From Octopus sinensis (taxonomy: Eukaryota), in NCBI RefSeq assembly GCF_006345805.1, contig NC_043002.1, positions 97,216,001 through 97,280,000 on the forward strand: 64,000 bases of DNA, given 5' to 3'. Below the pieces are notes generated by a model, which saw only the letters and a list, made by a program, of their open reading frames with translations, did not search any database and was not told the DNA's origin. The position numbers were made by a program, and so were the translations under genes. Shown here piece by piece: positions 26,575-39,804 of the stretch (position 1 is the first letter of the stretch; every line of letters begins with the position of its first letter).

Positions 26575-27269
26575 GTTATATGTATGTATGTGTGTGTACA
26601 TATACACATACATATATATAGATATACACACATATACATTCATTCATAATAGATACATTGTATATGTGTGTGTCTGCGCGCGTGCGTCTGTGTGTGTGTG
26701 CATGTATGTATATGTATATGTGTGTACATACATGCGTACATAATGATAAGACAATAGAAAATGTAAACAAATAAATAAATTCAAGATTGAAACGGAATTC
26801 CAAAATATACTTTAAAAGATAAAAAAGAAAGTCACTCCATATCCAAAACCCTGCTGACTGAAGAGAGAGGAAATAAGCCAGTGAGAAAACGAACGATTGT
26901 TCATATCTCATGGTTAAAAGCCAACACAGCTCTGATTTCAGTTTCATAGAGTCTGTGCTTAATCTCACTTGATAAAACAAAGAGATGGATAACAAAAGAT
27001 ACTCACATCAAGTACAGATCATGCAAACAGTTCAATGAGAGGATAGTCTACTTGATATCCTGTTACTGAGTTGTTGCCAAGTCCAAGTATAACCACCATA
27101 GATAATGCAACCACTTCAACGTGAAAATGCACAAATAGTGGTATAAACATGTGTAGAATACTAAATGACCCTTACTGAACCAACAATGTCAAGAATTTCC
27201 TGTCAAGGGATTAAGGGATATTGTTCGTCTATAACAAGGGTTGAAATAAAAACGCACAGAACATCTCTA

Positions 27270-28150
27270 TCTCTTGGAATGGAGTAGCTAAGGGATTCTA
27301 ACCTCTGACACAAATTTCCAATTTCCTGACCTTACACAAAACATACAAACAGCCTCATAAACAGATGGTATTACACTGCCATTCTGCCACCATTCTCCAG
27401 AAATTGCTGCACAGCTTTTCTAGCCCTGTTTAAGTCAGCGAAAAAAATCGATCACACAGCAAGAAGCTGCCGAAAGTAGCAGTTACCGCTTGACTCATCT
27501 GTCTGCGGGCAGAACATTAAATTCAAACAAATTTCACTTTTATCGATGTAAACAGTCATTCACAAACAACGAAAGTACGATCGGCAAAGAAGACAAATAT
27601 TAGGAAAAAGAGAAAACAAACGACACACGAATATAGTCAGAGCTAAGTACGACATCGCCAGCAGAAATACATCCTAAGAATAGTGTGTGAACAATATATT
27701 AGGTCCATGAATCCAGATCCTCTGATATGTCCACGGAAGAAAACTACGTTGAACTATGTAGGGTGCAAAACAGTGCACAACACACTATAACAGTTTGTAG
27801 GGAGACTACAGATAATGAAACAAAAACACTGAAAGACCACCTGTATATGCGAGTAACAGCACTTGCTGCTACAGGAAGCTTCATATCAGGTAATCCAGAC
27901 ATGTTCGAGGAACATAGGACAACTGAACGCTGCAATATTCTCTGTAGCTCGAACTACTGTGGCAGGCAGTGATACAAGTCATCAAGAATATGTGCAGAAA
28001 AACATTATTGTCCAGAGGAGAGCGTGCAATATGGTCAAACAGTTATACTGTGCAACATATAATTCATCGATGGATGTGAGAAAATGCTTAGACAAGGAAG
28101 ATCGATTTATGGATTGGATTGCGCCTCATCGTTCGGCCGACTACCAATGT
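27270..28150 (+). mobile_element. Very decayed RTE-type LINE RT/3' region
   Basis: Remnants resembling GVxQG, FGLxIxxKK, TLLYGxET and RWSGHV in the expected order; no intact frame. Confidence 0.4.
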
Positions 28151-28225
28151 GAACTTCTTGAAGTAGCTTGACCAAGGCATAAAACACAGTAACAAATACC
28201 GAACACAATAAAACGCAAGCCTAAT

Positions 28226-28450
28226 GCGGTGAGTTGGCAGAATCGTTAGTGTGCCGGGCGAAATGCTTAGTGGCATTTCGTCGTCCGTCTGTATGTTCTG
28301 AGTTCAAATTCCGCCAAGGTTGACTTTGCCTTTCCTACTTTCGGGGTCGATAAATTAACTCGGGTCGATGTAATCGACTAGTCCCCTCCCCCAAAATTCC
28401 AGGCTTTGTGTCTGTATTAGAAAGGATTATTATTATTATTATTATTATTA
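28226..28450 (+). mobile_element. SINE family A monomer with Y tail and (ATT)n
   Basis: Head GCGGTGAGTTGGCAGAATCGTTAG, body, CCCCAAAATTCCAGGC...AGAAAGG(ATT)n. Confidence 0.85.
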
Positions 28451-28470
28451 TTAGTAGTAGTAGTAGTAGT

Positions 28471-28569
28471 ATTTTCCTTCTTTCTTCAAATTTTCTTCCA
28501 TTTCTCGCCGAGTGTTTTCCGTACACCTAGGGCGAGAAACGTAAGAAAATTTGAAGAAAGACGGAAAAT
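28471..28569. repeat. ~100-nt fold-back (26-bp outer and 9-bp inner inverted repeats) between ATT/AGT and AAT tracts
   Basis: 28472-28497 vs 28543-28568 (1 mismatch); TTTCTCGCC 28501-28509 vs GGCGAGAAA 28531-28539. Confidence 0.85.
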
Positions 28570-28600
28570 AATAATAGTAATAATAATAATGATGATAATG

Positions 28601-28639
<39 letters not shown>

Positions 28640-28764
28640 GTAATAATAATAATAATGATAATGATAATAACAATAATAATGATGATAATAATAATAATAA
28701 TAACAACAATAATGATGATAATTAGTAGCAATAGTAGTAGTAGTAGTACTAGTATATTATTAAC

Positions 28765-28810
<46 letters not shown>

Positions 28811-28961
28811 GTCCTGATGCAGTACCAGGCAGTGGCTCTCGTGGCTTCTCATTTTAACTGATTGGAAGTGTTATCATGTGCATTGTTTTTCTTGATATAA
28901 ACAATGGACTACTGCAAATATTCTGCTCAATAGTTTATGTTATTGTCATTATTATTATTAC

Positions 28962-28992
<31 letters not shown>

Positions 28993-29061
28993 ATTATTAT
29001 CATTATTATTATTATCATTATTATTATTATTATCATTATTATTATCGTTATTATTGTTATC

Positions 29062-29111
<50 letters not shown>

Positions 29112-29128
29112 CATCGTTATTATTATTA

Positions 29129-29165
<37 letters not shown>
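28570..29165. repeat. Long (AAT)n and (ATT)n tracts enclosing the 5' head of family E (28807-28932, +)
   Basis: Direct reading; the head matches the minus strand of 15950-16076. Confidence 0.85.
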
Positions 29166-29345
29166 GTAAACAAATATAAGTTTGTTTTTGAAACGTTAAG
29201 ATGTATTGTAGAACAAGTAGACAGATAATTTTTTTTTTCAACACGTAAATACTAAACAATATATATATATAAAAGATAAAATCCTTTTAAGAGGAGAAAA
29301 AATTTTCCGGCAACCAGCCATGAATTATTGTCGTTGTAATTAAGA

Positions 29346-29508
29346 CAGCAAGCTGGCAGAATCGTTAGCACGCTGGACAAAATGCTTAACAACATTTCGT
29401 TCATCTCTACATTCTGAGTTCAAGTTTCATCGAGGCCGACTTTGTCTTTCATCCTTTCGGGATCGAAGAAATAAATATCATTCAAGTCCTGGGGTAGATT
29501 AACTAACT

Positions 29509-29595
<87 letters not shown>

Positions 29596-29640
29596 AAATT
29601 TTCAGGTATTGTGCCTATAGTAGAAATGATTATTACTGTT
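29346..29640 (+). mobile_element. SINE family A with internal (CT)n expansion (about 29511-29593)
   Basis: Head and body upstream; Y tail CCCAAATTTTCAGG...GTAGAAATG downstream of the CT run. Confidence 0.75.
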
Positions 29641-30195
29641 GCTGCTGTTAGTAATAGTAGTAGCAATAGAAGTAGTAGTAGTATATTATTAACAAGCACA
29701 AAGATTTGATAAGCCAAAATATTTCTCACGTATAATCCGTCTCACTGTAACCCATAGCGTGTGGATTTGAATATCAGAATGGAGCATAAATAGATAAGAG
29801 TCTTTTAAACTCAAATGTTAATGAGTGTCGTTATGGATTATAATGAAACTAACGGTAATAAAAGCTTAATAACTCTTGCATCAAAATGGCCGTTAAAATA
29901 TTATGTTAGCTTCCAACCATTAAAATCCTATTAAAAAGGTAATTTTGTGGTTTAAAGAACATAAAGGCAGGAAATTTAGGTATCGTAAATCAGAATCATT
30001 AAGGTGTAACATCAATATTTTTAGAGTTTAGTTTTCAAAGTTTGAATTGTAAAAATATATCGCTTATCTGACAATATATAAACTAAATGACGCTAAGTGG
30101 ACAACATTTTGTTCTTTAATATGAAAATTTAAATATTTTATGTTACTGTGCGGACAATGCTAGGAAGGAATACGTCTGTCAGGCTTTAAAATGCA

Positions 30196-30353
30196 TACTC
30201 TTTTACTTGTTTCAGTCATTTGACTGTGGCCATGCTGGAGCAGCGCCTTTAGTCAATCAAATCGACCCCAGGACCTATTCTTTGTGAGCCTAGTACTTAT
30301 TCTGTCGGTCTCTTTTGCCGAACCACTAAGTTACGGGGACGTAACACACCAGC
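30196..30353 (-). mobile_element. SINE family C, 3' portion (split by LINE insertion)
   Basis: CTTGTTTCAGTCATTTGACTGTGGCCATGCTGGAGC...CCGAACCACTAAGTTACGGGGACGT; related pieces at about 10850, 40920 and 61400. Confidence 0.8.
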
Positions 30354-32410
30354 TTAGATAGATGGTGCTTGAGAAAACAACATTGGTATGTGCGTATAGC
30401 CCACATAACTCGTCTGTGGCAGACGAGATTGAGGATTTTTATACAACCCTTCGTTCAACCATTGAGCAAGTACCTCTCCATAATTTTCTAGTTATAGCTG
30501 GTGATCTGAATGATAAACTAAGACTCGATGAGACCAAGTTTACTTTCAACTCTAAAACTAATCGAAACGGGGAAATGCTCAAAGACTTTTTAGTGGAATT
30601 TAATTTTTACACCCCCAACAATTATTTTATGAAACCAAAAGGACAATTTTTGGACATTCGAGTCTCCACTTGATGATAGGGCACAAATTAACTTCCTCAT
30701 TTTTCGAAAGAAGTGGCGCAATAGTGTCAAAGACTCGAGATCCTTCTCTTCCTTTAGTTCTGTTGGCTCCGACCACAGAATTGTATCAGCTACCGTTAAG
30801 CTTAGTCTTCGCTCATCCAAAAGCTAAGCCTCACCCGATGAAAACGATCGACTGGGAGGAAGTCTCGTCTAACCCCGATATGTCCAAGCAAATTACTATT
30901 GAGGTCTATAACAAATGTCAGTCTTTGTCTACTTCTGAAATAGATGCTGAGAACATTGACGAAGTCTACAGCAGTCTCATCAAATCAACAGAGGAAGTTG
31001 CACTGGCTACTCTTCTCAAAAAGAAGAGTAGGGGCCAGAGCAAACCTTCTAATTCTCCAAATGTCATCGAAGCTAGAAACCATCTAAAGTCTCTATCATT
31101 AGCTTACCACCATTCTCCATCCCAGTCACTGAAGATCCAACTCATAACTGCCAAGAGCGATCTTGATGATGCTTACTTGAACGCCGAGGTCGACTTTATC
31201 AACGGCAAAATTAGCAAACTATCCAAAGAGCACATTAGTAAAAAACACCATCTTGCCTGGAAATCCATCAAAGACCTATCAGGCAAAAATGCTGAGTCAT
31301 CAATTAGAATTAAAGGGGGAGCAGCTAAGGAGCGTTTAGAAAATTGGTCAATTCATTTTAAAAACCTTCTTGGAAAGAATGCCAAAATCCCTGATAACCC
31401 CACTCTTCCAAGTGTGCCTATATCAGATACGCTGGACATCAACACTTCCCCTTTTACCATATTTGAAATAACAGCAGCCACTAAACAACAGAAAGCCTCG
31501 AAAGCATTTGGTCCCGACAACATCCCAGCTATAATTTGGAAGGATGATAGATTTCACGTACTTTTGCTCAATCTTTGCAACCACACACTTACAGCTCAAA
31601 AGATTTGGCATCAATCTCAAATCATCCCAATACCCCAAAAAAGGCGATTTATCCCTCGTCACCAACTACAGGGGTATATCTCTAATGTCAATTGCTGAAC
31701 CAAAATGGATTCAGACATGGGCGTTCAACGTTGAGCCAAATACTATGCCTAAGCAGATTTATTGAAGAATCAAAAGCATTTAATCGCGATCTTGCAATGT
31801 TGTGTGTTTGTAGACTTTTCTAAAGCGTTTGACTCTGTAGATAGGTACAAGATGTTTGAAATCCTTAAGCTATATTCCAGACAAAATCATTTCTGCCATC
31901 AAGGTCCTCTACACAGATACGTCTTCAAACATCTTAACCCCTGATGGAGAAATATCATCTTTCTCAATCAAAGCCAGAATACTGCAGGGAGACACACTCG
32001 CCCCATTTCTCTCCATCATTGTCGTTGACTATGTGCTACGTATGTCAGTTGATACCATTTCTGGCAAGGTCTTTGAAATAAACCTAGAAGTTCCAGACAC
32101 CCAGCTGAATACTTAACAGACACTGACTTTGCTGACGACATCGCTCTTATCAGTGATTCTCTCTCCAATGCCCAGTCTCTTTTACAATATCTTGAACAAG
32201 CCTCAAATTGTGTAGGTCTTTACCTCAATGTGTCCAAGACTGAATATGTAAACAAGTGCCTGTCCAACAGTGATTTCATCATCCATACTCTCAACAATAC
32301 GCCCTTAAATATGGTTTCTGATTACAAATATCTTCTGTCATACATATCATCATCTGGAAAAGATTTTCTAACTAGAAAGGGTATGGCCTGGTCAGCCTGT
32401 AATGATATGC
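30354..32410 (+). mobile_element. RTE-clade LINE fragment (APE endonuclease + RT), frameshifted, truncated at both ends
   Basis: CAYSP, IAGDLN, SDHR (APE); [74 protein letters not shown] (RT). Confidence 0.93.
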
Positions 32411-32491
<81 letters not shown>

Positions 32492-32574
32492 ATAATATAT
32501 ATACATACATATATATATATACATTTATATACATACATATATACATATACATATATACATATATATATATACAA

Positions 32575-32606
<32 letters not shown>

Positions 32607-33170
32607 TATATATAGACATACATATATACATATACATATATACATATACATATATACATATACATATATACATATATATATATATATGTATATATATATG
32701 TATGAATGTATATATGTGTATATATATGTATGTATGTCTATATACATATATGTCTGTATATATATATGTATATATATATATTTATATACATATATATGCA
32801 TATATATGTATGCATGTTTATATGTGTATATATATGTATGTATGCCTATATACATATATGTCTGTATATATATATGTATATATATATATATGTATGTATA
32901 TAAATGTATATATATATATATGTATGTATATAAATGTATATATATATATGTATGTATATAAATGTATATATATATATGTATGTATATATATATATGTGTG
33001 TGTATATATATGTATGTATATAACGTATATATATATATGTATGTATATATGTATATAATATGTATATATGTATGTATATATATATATATGTATATATATA
33101 TAATATATATATATATAATATATATATATATATGTGTGTGTGTGTGTATGTATGTATGTGTGTGTATATA
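32411..33170. repeat. ~760-bp compound TA/TATG microsatellite with a ~108-bp higher-order duplication
   Basis: Block GTATGTATG(T/C)CTATATACATATATGTCTGTA recurs near 32727 and 32835. Confidence 0.9.
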
Positions 33171-33315
33171 TATACGACGGGCTCTTTCAATTTTCGCCTA
33201 CCAAATCCACTCACCTGAGACTATAGTAGACGATACTTGTCCACGGTACCATGCAGTGGGACTGAACCTGGAACTAAGAGGTTGGGAAGTAAGCTCCTTA
33301 CCACACAGCCACGCC
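33171..33315 (-). mobile_element. SINE family C, 5' tRNA-like portion
   Basis: Minus strand GGCGTGGCTGTGTGGTAAG...CCAGGTTCAGTCCCACTGC...GTGAGTGGATTTGGTAGGCG...CCCGTCGTATA. Confidence 0.8.
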
Positions 33316-33351
33316 TTTTGCATTTTGTTCTACTGTCTATTATCTCTAGCC

Positions 33352-33736
33352 GCGGAGGCGCAATGACCCAGTGGTTAGAGCAGCGGACCCGCGGTGGTAG
33401 GATTGCGGTTTCGATTCCCAGACCGGGCGTTGTGAGTGTTTATTGAGCGAAAACACCTAAAAGCTCCACGAGGCTCCGGCAGGGATGGTGGTGATCCCTG
33501 CTGTACTCTTTCACCACAACTTTCTCTCACTCTTACTTCCTGTTTCTGTTGTACCTGTGTTTCAAAGGGCTGGCCTTGTCACTCTCTGTGTCACGCTGAA
33601 TATCCCCGAGAACTACGTTAAGGGTACACGTGTCTGTGGAGTGCTCAGCCACTTACACGTTAATTTCACGAGCAGGCTGTTCCGTTGATTCGGATCAACC
33701 GGAACCCTCGTCGTCGTAACCGACGGAGTGCTTCCC
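33352..33736 (+). mobile_element. SINE family B, tail type 3, 13-bp TSD (1 mismatch)
   Basis: ATTATCTCTAGCC 33339-33351 and ATTACCTCTAGCC 33737-33749. Confidence 0.92.
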
Positions 33737-34313
33737 ATTACCTCTAGCCATTTTGCGAAGATTTAATATTTTGCTCTGGCATTAAGTCAGAATCACTACG
33801 TCAAGACATTCTGAGTTCAAATTCCGCCAATGTCGACTTTGCCGTTCATCCTTTTGGAGCTTATAAAATAAGCGCCAGTTGAGCTGTCAGGTCAATGTCA
33901 TCAACTTCTCCCCTTCTCCGAAATTTTAAATAGATGTTTTCTCCAACTCTCGCGCTACTGTACATTCATTAGCATATAATACCATAATATTTTTGTCTCG
34001 TGAATCAGATCATTAATTACTTCGTATTACTGTATCGTTTCCCTAAGCTGCTTATATCATCCTTCAGTTAACTTATTGACTTCTGTACACAATTACGGAT
34101 ATATCTCATATCAGATTTCGAGATGCTTCTGTGACAAAGACCTCAAAAACAACACCAGAATGCAACCAGACCATTTACTCTCTTTCAACAACTGAGAGGC
34201 ACATTAATTATACCTTTCGTGATTCAAGAAGAAAGAAACTCTAAGTAGCTTTCCCCACACTCTAGAAAGAACAATCAAAGACTCCTTAAATCACACACTT
34301 TCTTATTTATAAG

Positions 34314-34884
34314 GTCATAGCGGACAATATAGTTTGGAATAAAATCTTCCTAAGGCAAGATGGTCGCTGGTTTAATGTTATTCATTGCAGATTTGCTCCA
34401 TCAGGTATAAGCGAATGATTAATATGAAAGCAGCCGTATTAGATAAGGAAACCTTGACTTTTAGAACTCATGTTCATAAAGAATAGTGCACATAACATAA
34501 AACTTAGATGTTAATCCCAACCAGATATTATGGACTAACAAGAACGGTGAGTGTATGCTCGAAATGCCTAGAAAGAATTATGTGAAATGACGATAAACAA
34601 CTGATGTAACAAAATAAATAACCTTCGTTACATTTGATTTCATGAAAAAATCTGTGTTATATGATAATTTCGGCTTTATATATCAAGATAAATTAAACTT
34701 TCTCCATAAATATATAACAACTCGAGATAAAGAATCATTTCTTTTTATGTACAGAAATAATTTAAGTAGCCAATATCAAAGCAGTCAACTTGGTACAAAC
34801 AAAATGTCATAAAAGTTTGGTTTTCTCCTCAGCTATATACTTATTCATGGAAAAGAGAGCTAACCACTTATCGAAGTTGTTATG
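34314..34884 (+). other. Candidate small host exons (34314-34404, 34508-34546, 34833-34884)
   Basis: AG/GT boundaries, phase-compatible open frames (VIADNIVWNKIFLRQDGRWFNVIHCRFAPS / DVNPNQILWTNKN / AIYLFMEKRANHLSKLL); no recognised homology. Confidence 0.2.
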
Positions 34885-35522
34885 GTAAGACTTCTGTTCT
34901 TTCCTTAATGAAACAGGTCAAGTTATAATCTCAGAAGAGGACACTCAAATATCTTTCTATCGATGTCCTGAGAATAAGATGAGTGTCTTTGAATTCATAC
35001 TTCCCCTCAACAGACAGCAATGTTCGACTACCAAATAACTTTTACATTACAAATTAAATTTGTCCTCATTAATTATTGTATTTACGTCAATGTATCTAAT
35101 GGCGAGGGCAAATTCATTTATATTTATATTACTTCTATGCAATCGTTTCGGACAAGACATATCTTCTGAGAAAATAAGCTACCGCATTATCACCTGGGAA
35201 ATTATCTGCATAATGATGTAAATTGTTCATTAGTGTTATAATCAGAATAGTTAGCGTAATTTCGAAAATTCTATTTCACCATTTACCTGCTCCATGTAAA
35301 ACTTTTTATTGAATTCATTTAAAGTGTATATCTATATACTCTACATTTAGAAATGTTCTTTGAATATTAAGAATTGTTGCGAAGAGGAGAGAGCAATGCT
35401 TATATCCTTTGTTATGGCCTTCATGGGGATTGAGAGAAAGAAACTGAGTTATCCTCGAACCCAAAATCTGGGAAAATCAATGCCAATGTGGCGATTTTAG
35501 ACAAGCTGACATTAAATGTACC

Positions 35523-35751
35523 TATTTCTTTATTACCCACAAGGGGCTAAACACAGAGGGGACAAACAAGGACAGACATAGGTATTAAGTCGACTACATC
35601 GACCCCAGCGCGCAACTGGTACTTAATTTATCGACCCCGAAAGGATGAAAGGCAAAGTCGACCTCGGCGGAACCCGAACTCACAGCGTAACGCAGACGAA
35701 ATACCGCTAAGCATTTCGCCCGGCGTGCTAACGTTTCTGCCAGCTCCCCGC
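35523..35751 (-). mobile_element. SINE family A monomer with X tail, 13-bp TSD
   Basis: TSD CATTAAATGTACC at 35510-35522 and 35752-35764. Confidence 0.93.
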
Positions 35752-38700
35752 CATTAAATGTACCATGAGCTTCTGTCCTCTAAATTTCCCTTTAGTCGAA
35801 AGTGACACGCTGTGCCAACGAAACAGAAAACGCCGCTGCTAAGCAAATATTTTAACCACAATCCATTCAGTAACCAAGTTAATACATTTTCTCTTAGTGT
35901 ATTCACTAAATATATTTCCACTTAAACCATCTGATTATTAAAAGAGTGAACATACGCATACATAAACACCTGCATATTACTCATATATTCACTCATACAT
36001 ATACATACACTTTTACAACTAGAAACAGATTATGTTACAGAATGATATATTCAACTCAGAAAATATTTATTACGTTCGAGCATATATATTCAATGGCAAA
36101 TGCCTGAAAATTAACTGCATTTACCATTGATCTCTACTTTTTGTTCACCCGTTTTACCGAAGCCAGGAAAACATTCTGAGAAACTATTGATAGTAAAACA
36201 AAACGAAAACAAAAAAAAAACAGGAAAACTTCAATAAAGGCTGAGTTTCTACGGGTTTTTTTTTTGTCTCATTGTTTTATTTAAGATCTTCAATAAAACG
36301 GGATTTGTTTTTTAACATATGTTAATGTCATATACTTCACGTACAAGTCATGTACTGTCAGTTAATAAACGATTTAAAATATGATTAGTTTAATTACTTT
36401 AAATATGCTTTATGATATCTAAATGATACGTGACTTTATGTCTGTGACAATTCTTTATGAAAATTGCTTTTTCAATATGCCGTCACTTTTTCTTCTGTCT
36501 TTGTGTTCTGAGCTCAAATTCCGTCGAGGTCGACTTTGCTTTTCATCCTTTCGGGGTCGACAAATTAAATACCAGTTGTGCACTGGAGTTGATTTAGAGT
36601 AGAAAAGATTATTATGCCCTCACCTCATCTTTTTTCATCGTTTTGCTTCCCCATCTTTCTCTCTCGCTCTGAGACACTTTCTGAATATATATATATATAT
36701 AAATATACTCCTCCACTGTTCTTTACGAAACAATATCTTCTTTGTAATTGCTTTCCTAGCCATATTATTTCTGTATCTATTGAGATAAATTTAGTGGATA
36801 GAAAAACTTGTATTAGTCTCCCAAATATTAAATACATAAGAAAAATATATTGCTTTGAATTATTACTTACTTATACATAACAACTTGAAAAAAATAATGA
36901 ACATTTTCCCCAACATAAGATGATTGAACAAACTTATTTTATTCATTTTTTTTTTATTAATTCTTGTTTTCAATTTCTAAGAGAAATAAAATGCTTTTCT
37001 TTTCTTTTCTCTTTTTCACAACAGTTTGTATTTGTGAGACGATATTCCTGCTGAAGCCTAGAACATTTATCGACTTCTTAAGCTCAACAAAATGTGTGTT
37101 TAATAGACCGATAACACTTTATTACTTCCACTAATTTAGCTTTAATATTCTCGTTTTCATCCTTGGTTTATTATTTGTCTATAAGTTTTTCATGTTTTAA
37201 TTACCATCTATATGTGAAAATTATTAGAATGTATTTGAGTAAGATTGGCTCATTATTATTGATATTTTATTTATATCATTTGGACTTTAGAGTCGGATGA
37301 AAGGCAACAGTACTGTTATCACAATTTTGATTGTCTAGTTAGTGCGATAGTCTGGTCTTTGATGTCTTTAGTCCTCATGTTAACAATTTTATGCGCAACT
37401 TTAAATTGCCATTTTTACCACATTTGGTATTGACTTGGTGCAATTCTGACACAGTAAACTATAATAGCTAAGAGTAGTGGAATAGTTATAAAGATGTATT
37501 AGTATGTATGTGGTTATACCTATTGATTCTATATTCGGGAATCCAACCCTTGACTTCGTTGATGATGTTATACAGAAAACATTAATATGCATAGACTTAA
37601 AAACGTGAAAATGTACTCATATTTTATAAGGAAACTCTTTGGCCTGAGTTTAAACTCGGTTTCCGTGGCATAAAATTGGCTGAGGTTACAACACTGTCCT
37701 CACGATTGAACTGGGGGCTAGTCCGTCACAGAATCATCTTCCTAGCTATTGTTGTTAGGTATCTGCAGCTGAGTGGACTGGAGCAATGAGAAATTGAATG
37801 TTTCTTTTTGTTTTATTTCTTTCTCAAGAGCACAATCCATCGCCCGACCCAGTAATCGAAATCGTGTGTAGAACACCCTTACAATTAGGTCACGTCTCTT
37901 CACAATTAGTCGTAAAACGAAATATCGTATAGTTGCCCTCATTAATATGCTATATTAATAATGCTATATAAACATCATGTTTTATATATTCTCCTTGTAT
38001 TAATATCACACAGAAATATCTCAAGTAAATGTAAGTCTCAGATTGGAGAATTGTGTATAGCCGAAGAAATCATCATTAGTTTCCCCAAATTCTACATCTT
38101 CCACTCAATAATAATGATTACTAAAATATCAACAACACACTGGCATTGTAGGCTAATTAATACAATTATGCCACTAAATTAAACATTTTGATTGTCTTTT
38201 GGAGAGTATATTTCATTTAATTAGAGCCAAAAGAAAAGTATGAATAACGTGTCAGAAACAATGGCCAAAGAAGTAGGCAGTGAAATCCAATCTGGTAAGA
38301 GTACTTTCTTAATCATTGTTTTCTGTTTATTTTTTTATGGGTTTCCCAATTTTGCCGCCGCCTAAATCCACTGATATAAAAGTAGATGGAAAAGATTGGA
38401 TGGAATTGAATATATTCATCCAAGAATGAATAATTATTAATTAGGTTTTTAGTTTCTCTAAAACGATGCAAAATATCGTTATATTTTAAGTGATGGTTTA
38501 CATTTTATTTTCAGAAATACTAAATATATCTCAATATTTCTTCATTTTTCTTTCAGTCATTATAAATTGCTAAAGATGCTCTGCTTTTGAACATCTATCC
38601 TTCTCCAGTACCTCCCGGCTGTCATATGAACAAATCAATCATCTCATCGTAACAATTTTCTTTTTCACAAACAATTTTCTTCTTGTAATTATCGTTTGTT

Positions 38701-39585
38701 TATTAACTGATATTGTTCTGCAAAACATTTACTTAATGTCTCCTTTTCTTTCTTATAGTTTTCTTGACTACAATTAGATGACAGATTTATAGTCGGCATT
38801 GTTTGCTTCAGTGATATAGCAGTGCACGTGTGAATGCATAGATATTAAAACGCCATCGTTTACGACTATTTCAACTGAAAATCAATTATTTACTCAATCA
38901 AGAAGCTTTATAGAAATTTTTAAAAAAGTATTTTTAAAAGCAAATTTTATATTTGTATTTTTTCATCACGTACAAGAAATATTCAATGCGTAAACTGTAT
39001 ATAAAATACAGAAGCCTAATTCAGAAGCTTAATTGAAGTTTCAGATAATGCCCTCGGTATTGTAAAACTCTAGAGAAAATAAGTCAATCTAAAATTCATT
39101 TAATGGAAGTAAAAAGCCAGAAACATTGGCCAAGCTATTCTCGGTGGAAGCTTTAATTTCTAAGTTTCACAAAAGATAGATCACCAAAACGTGAGACGGA
39201 AATAAATGATACTCAAGAAATCAAATTACTCAAAGACTGATACATTGGTGGTTGTTGGGGGAGGAGCAGTTTCATTCCGTTGGTCTCGACGATGATCAGT
39301 TGTCCAGCCAACTGAAGATTTACACGAGAAATTAACAAGTAAGCGGCAAAGTAAATGACAGATACGATTACTCTTGATGCATTCCTCTGGCAAAAAAGAA
39401 GCGCAACAGGAAGGAAGGTATAGCTTCGAAACAGTAGCAAAATATAAATGCTCCGGAAGAGATATACCTTGGTTCTTTGCATGCTAACTCTGAGAAATTA
39501 ACTCCGACGGCCGAACGAATTTTCAAATTCGTAGTCTGGCTCAAAGAAGAACCGTGTTGATTTATTTATATATATATATATATCT

Positions 39586-39804
39586 GTTTCATTATTACCC
39601 ACAATGGGCTAAACATAGAGGAGACAAACAAGGACAGACAACCGGATTAAGTCGATTACATCGACCCCAGTGCGTAATTGATACTTAATTTATCGACCCC
39701 GAAAGGATGAAAGGCGAAGTCGACCTCGGCGGAATTTGAACTCAGAACGTAACGGCAGACGAAATAAGGCTACGCATTTCGCCCGGCGTGCTAACGATTC
39801 TGCC
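39586..39804 (-). mobile_element. SINE family A monomer with X tail abutting (TA)n
   Basis: Full body and module X; head slightly truncated. Confidence 0.9.

Noticed and set aside
27727-28171. Overlapping 81- and 102-aa ORFs as host exons
   Set aside because: No convincing splice sites; scattered RTE-like motifs across frames fit a decayed LINE better.
28807-28870. Possible HDV-like ribozyme at the family E 5' end (CTCTCGTG loop-like string)
   Set aside because: I could not build P1 and P2 pairings by eye; left as a test only.
30670-31698. 342-aa ORF as a host gene
   Set aside because: It is the endonuclease-RT linker and RT start of the RTE LINE; its N- and C-termini are out-of-frame read-through.
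39213-39482. 89-aa minus-strand ORF
   Set aside because: No recognisable domain or splice context; its length is within chance expectation.
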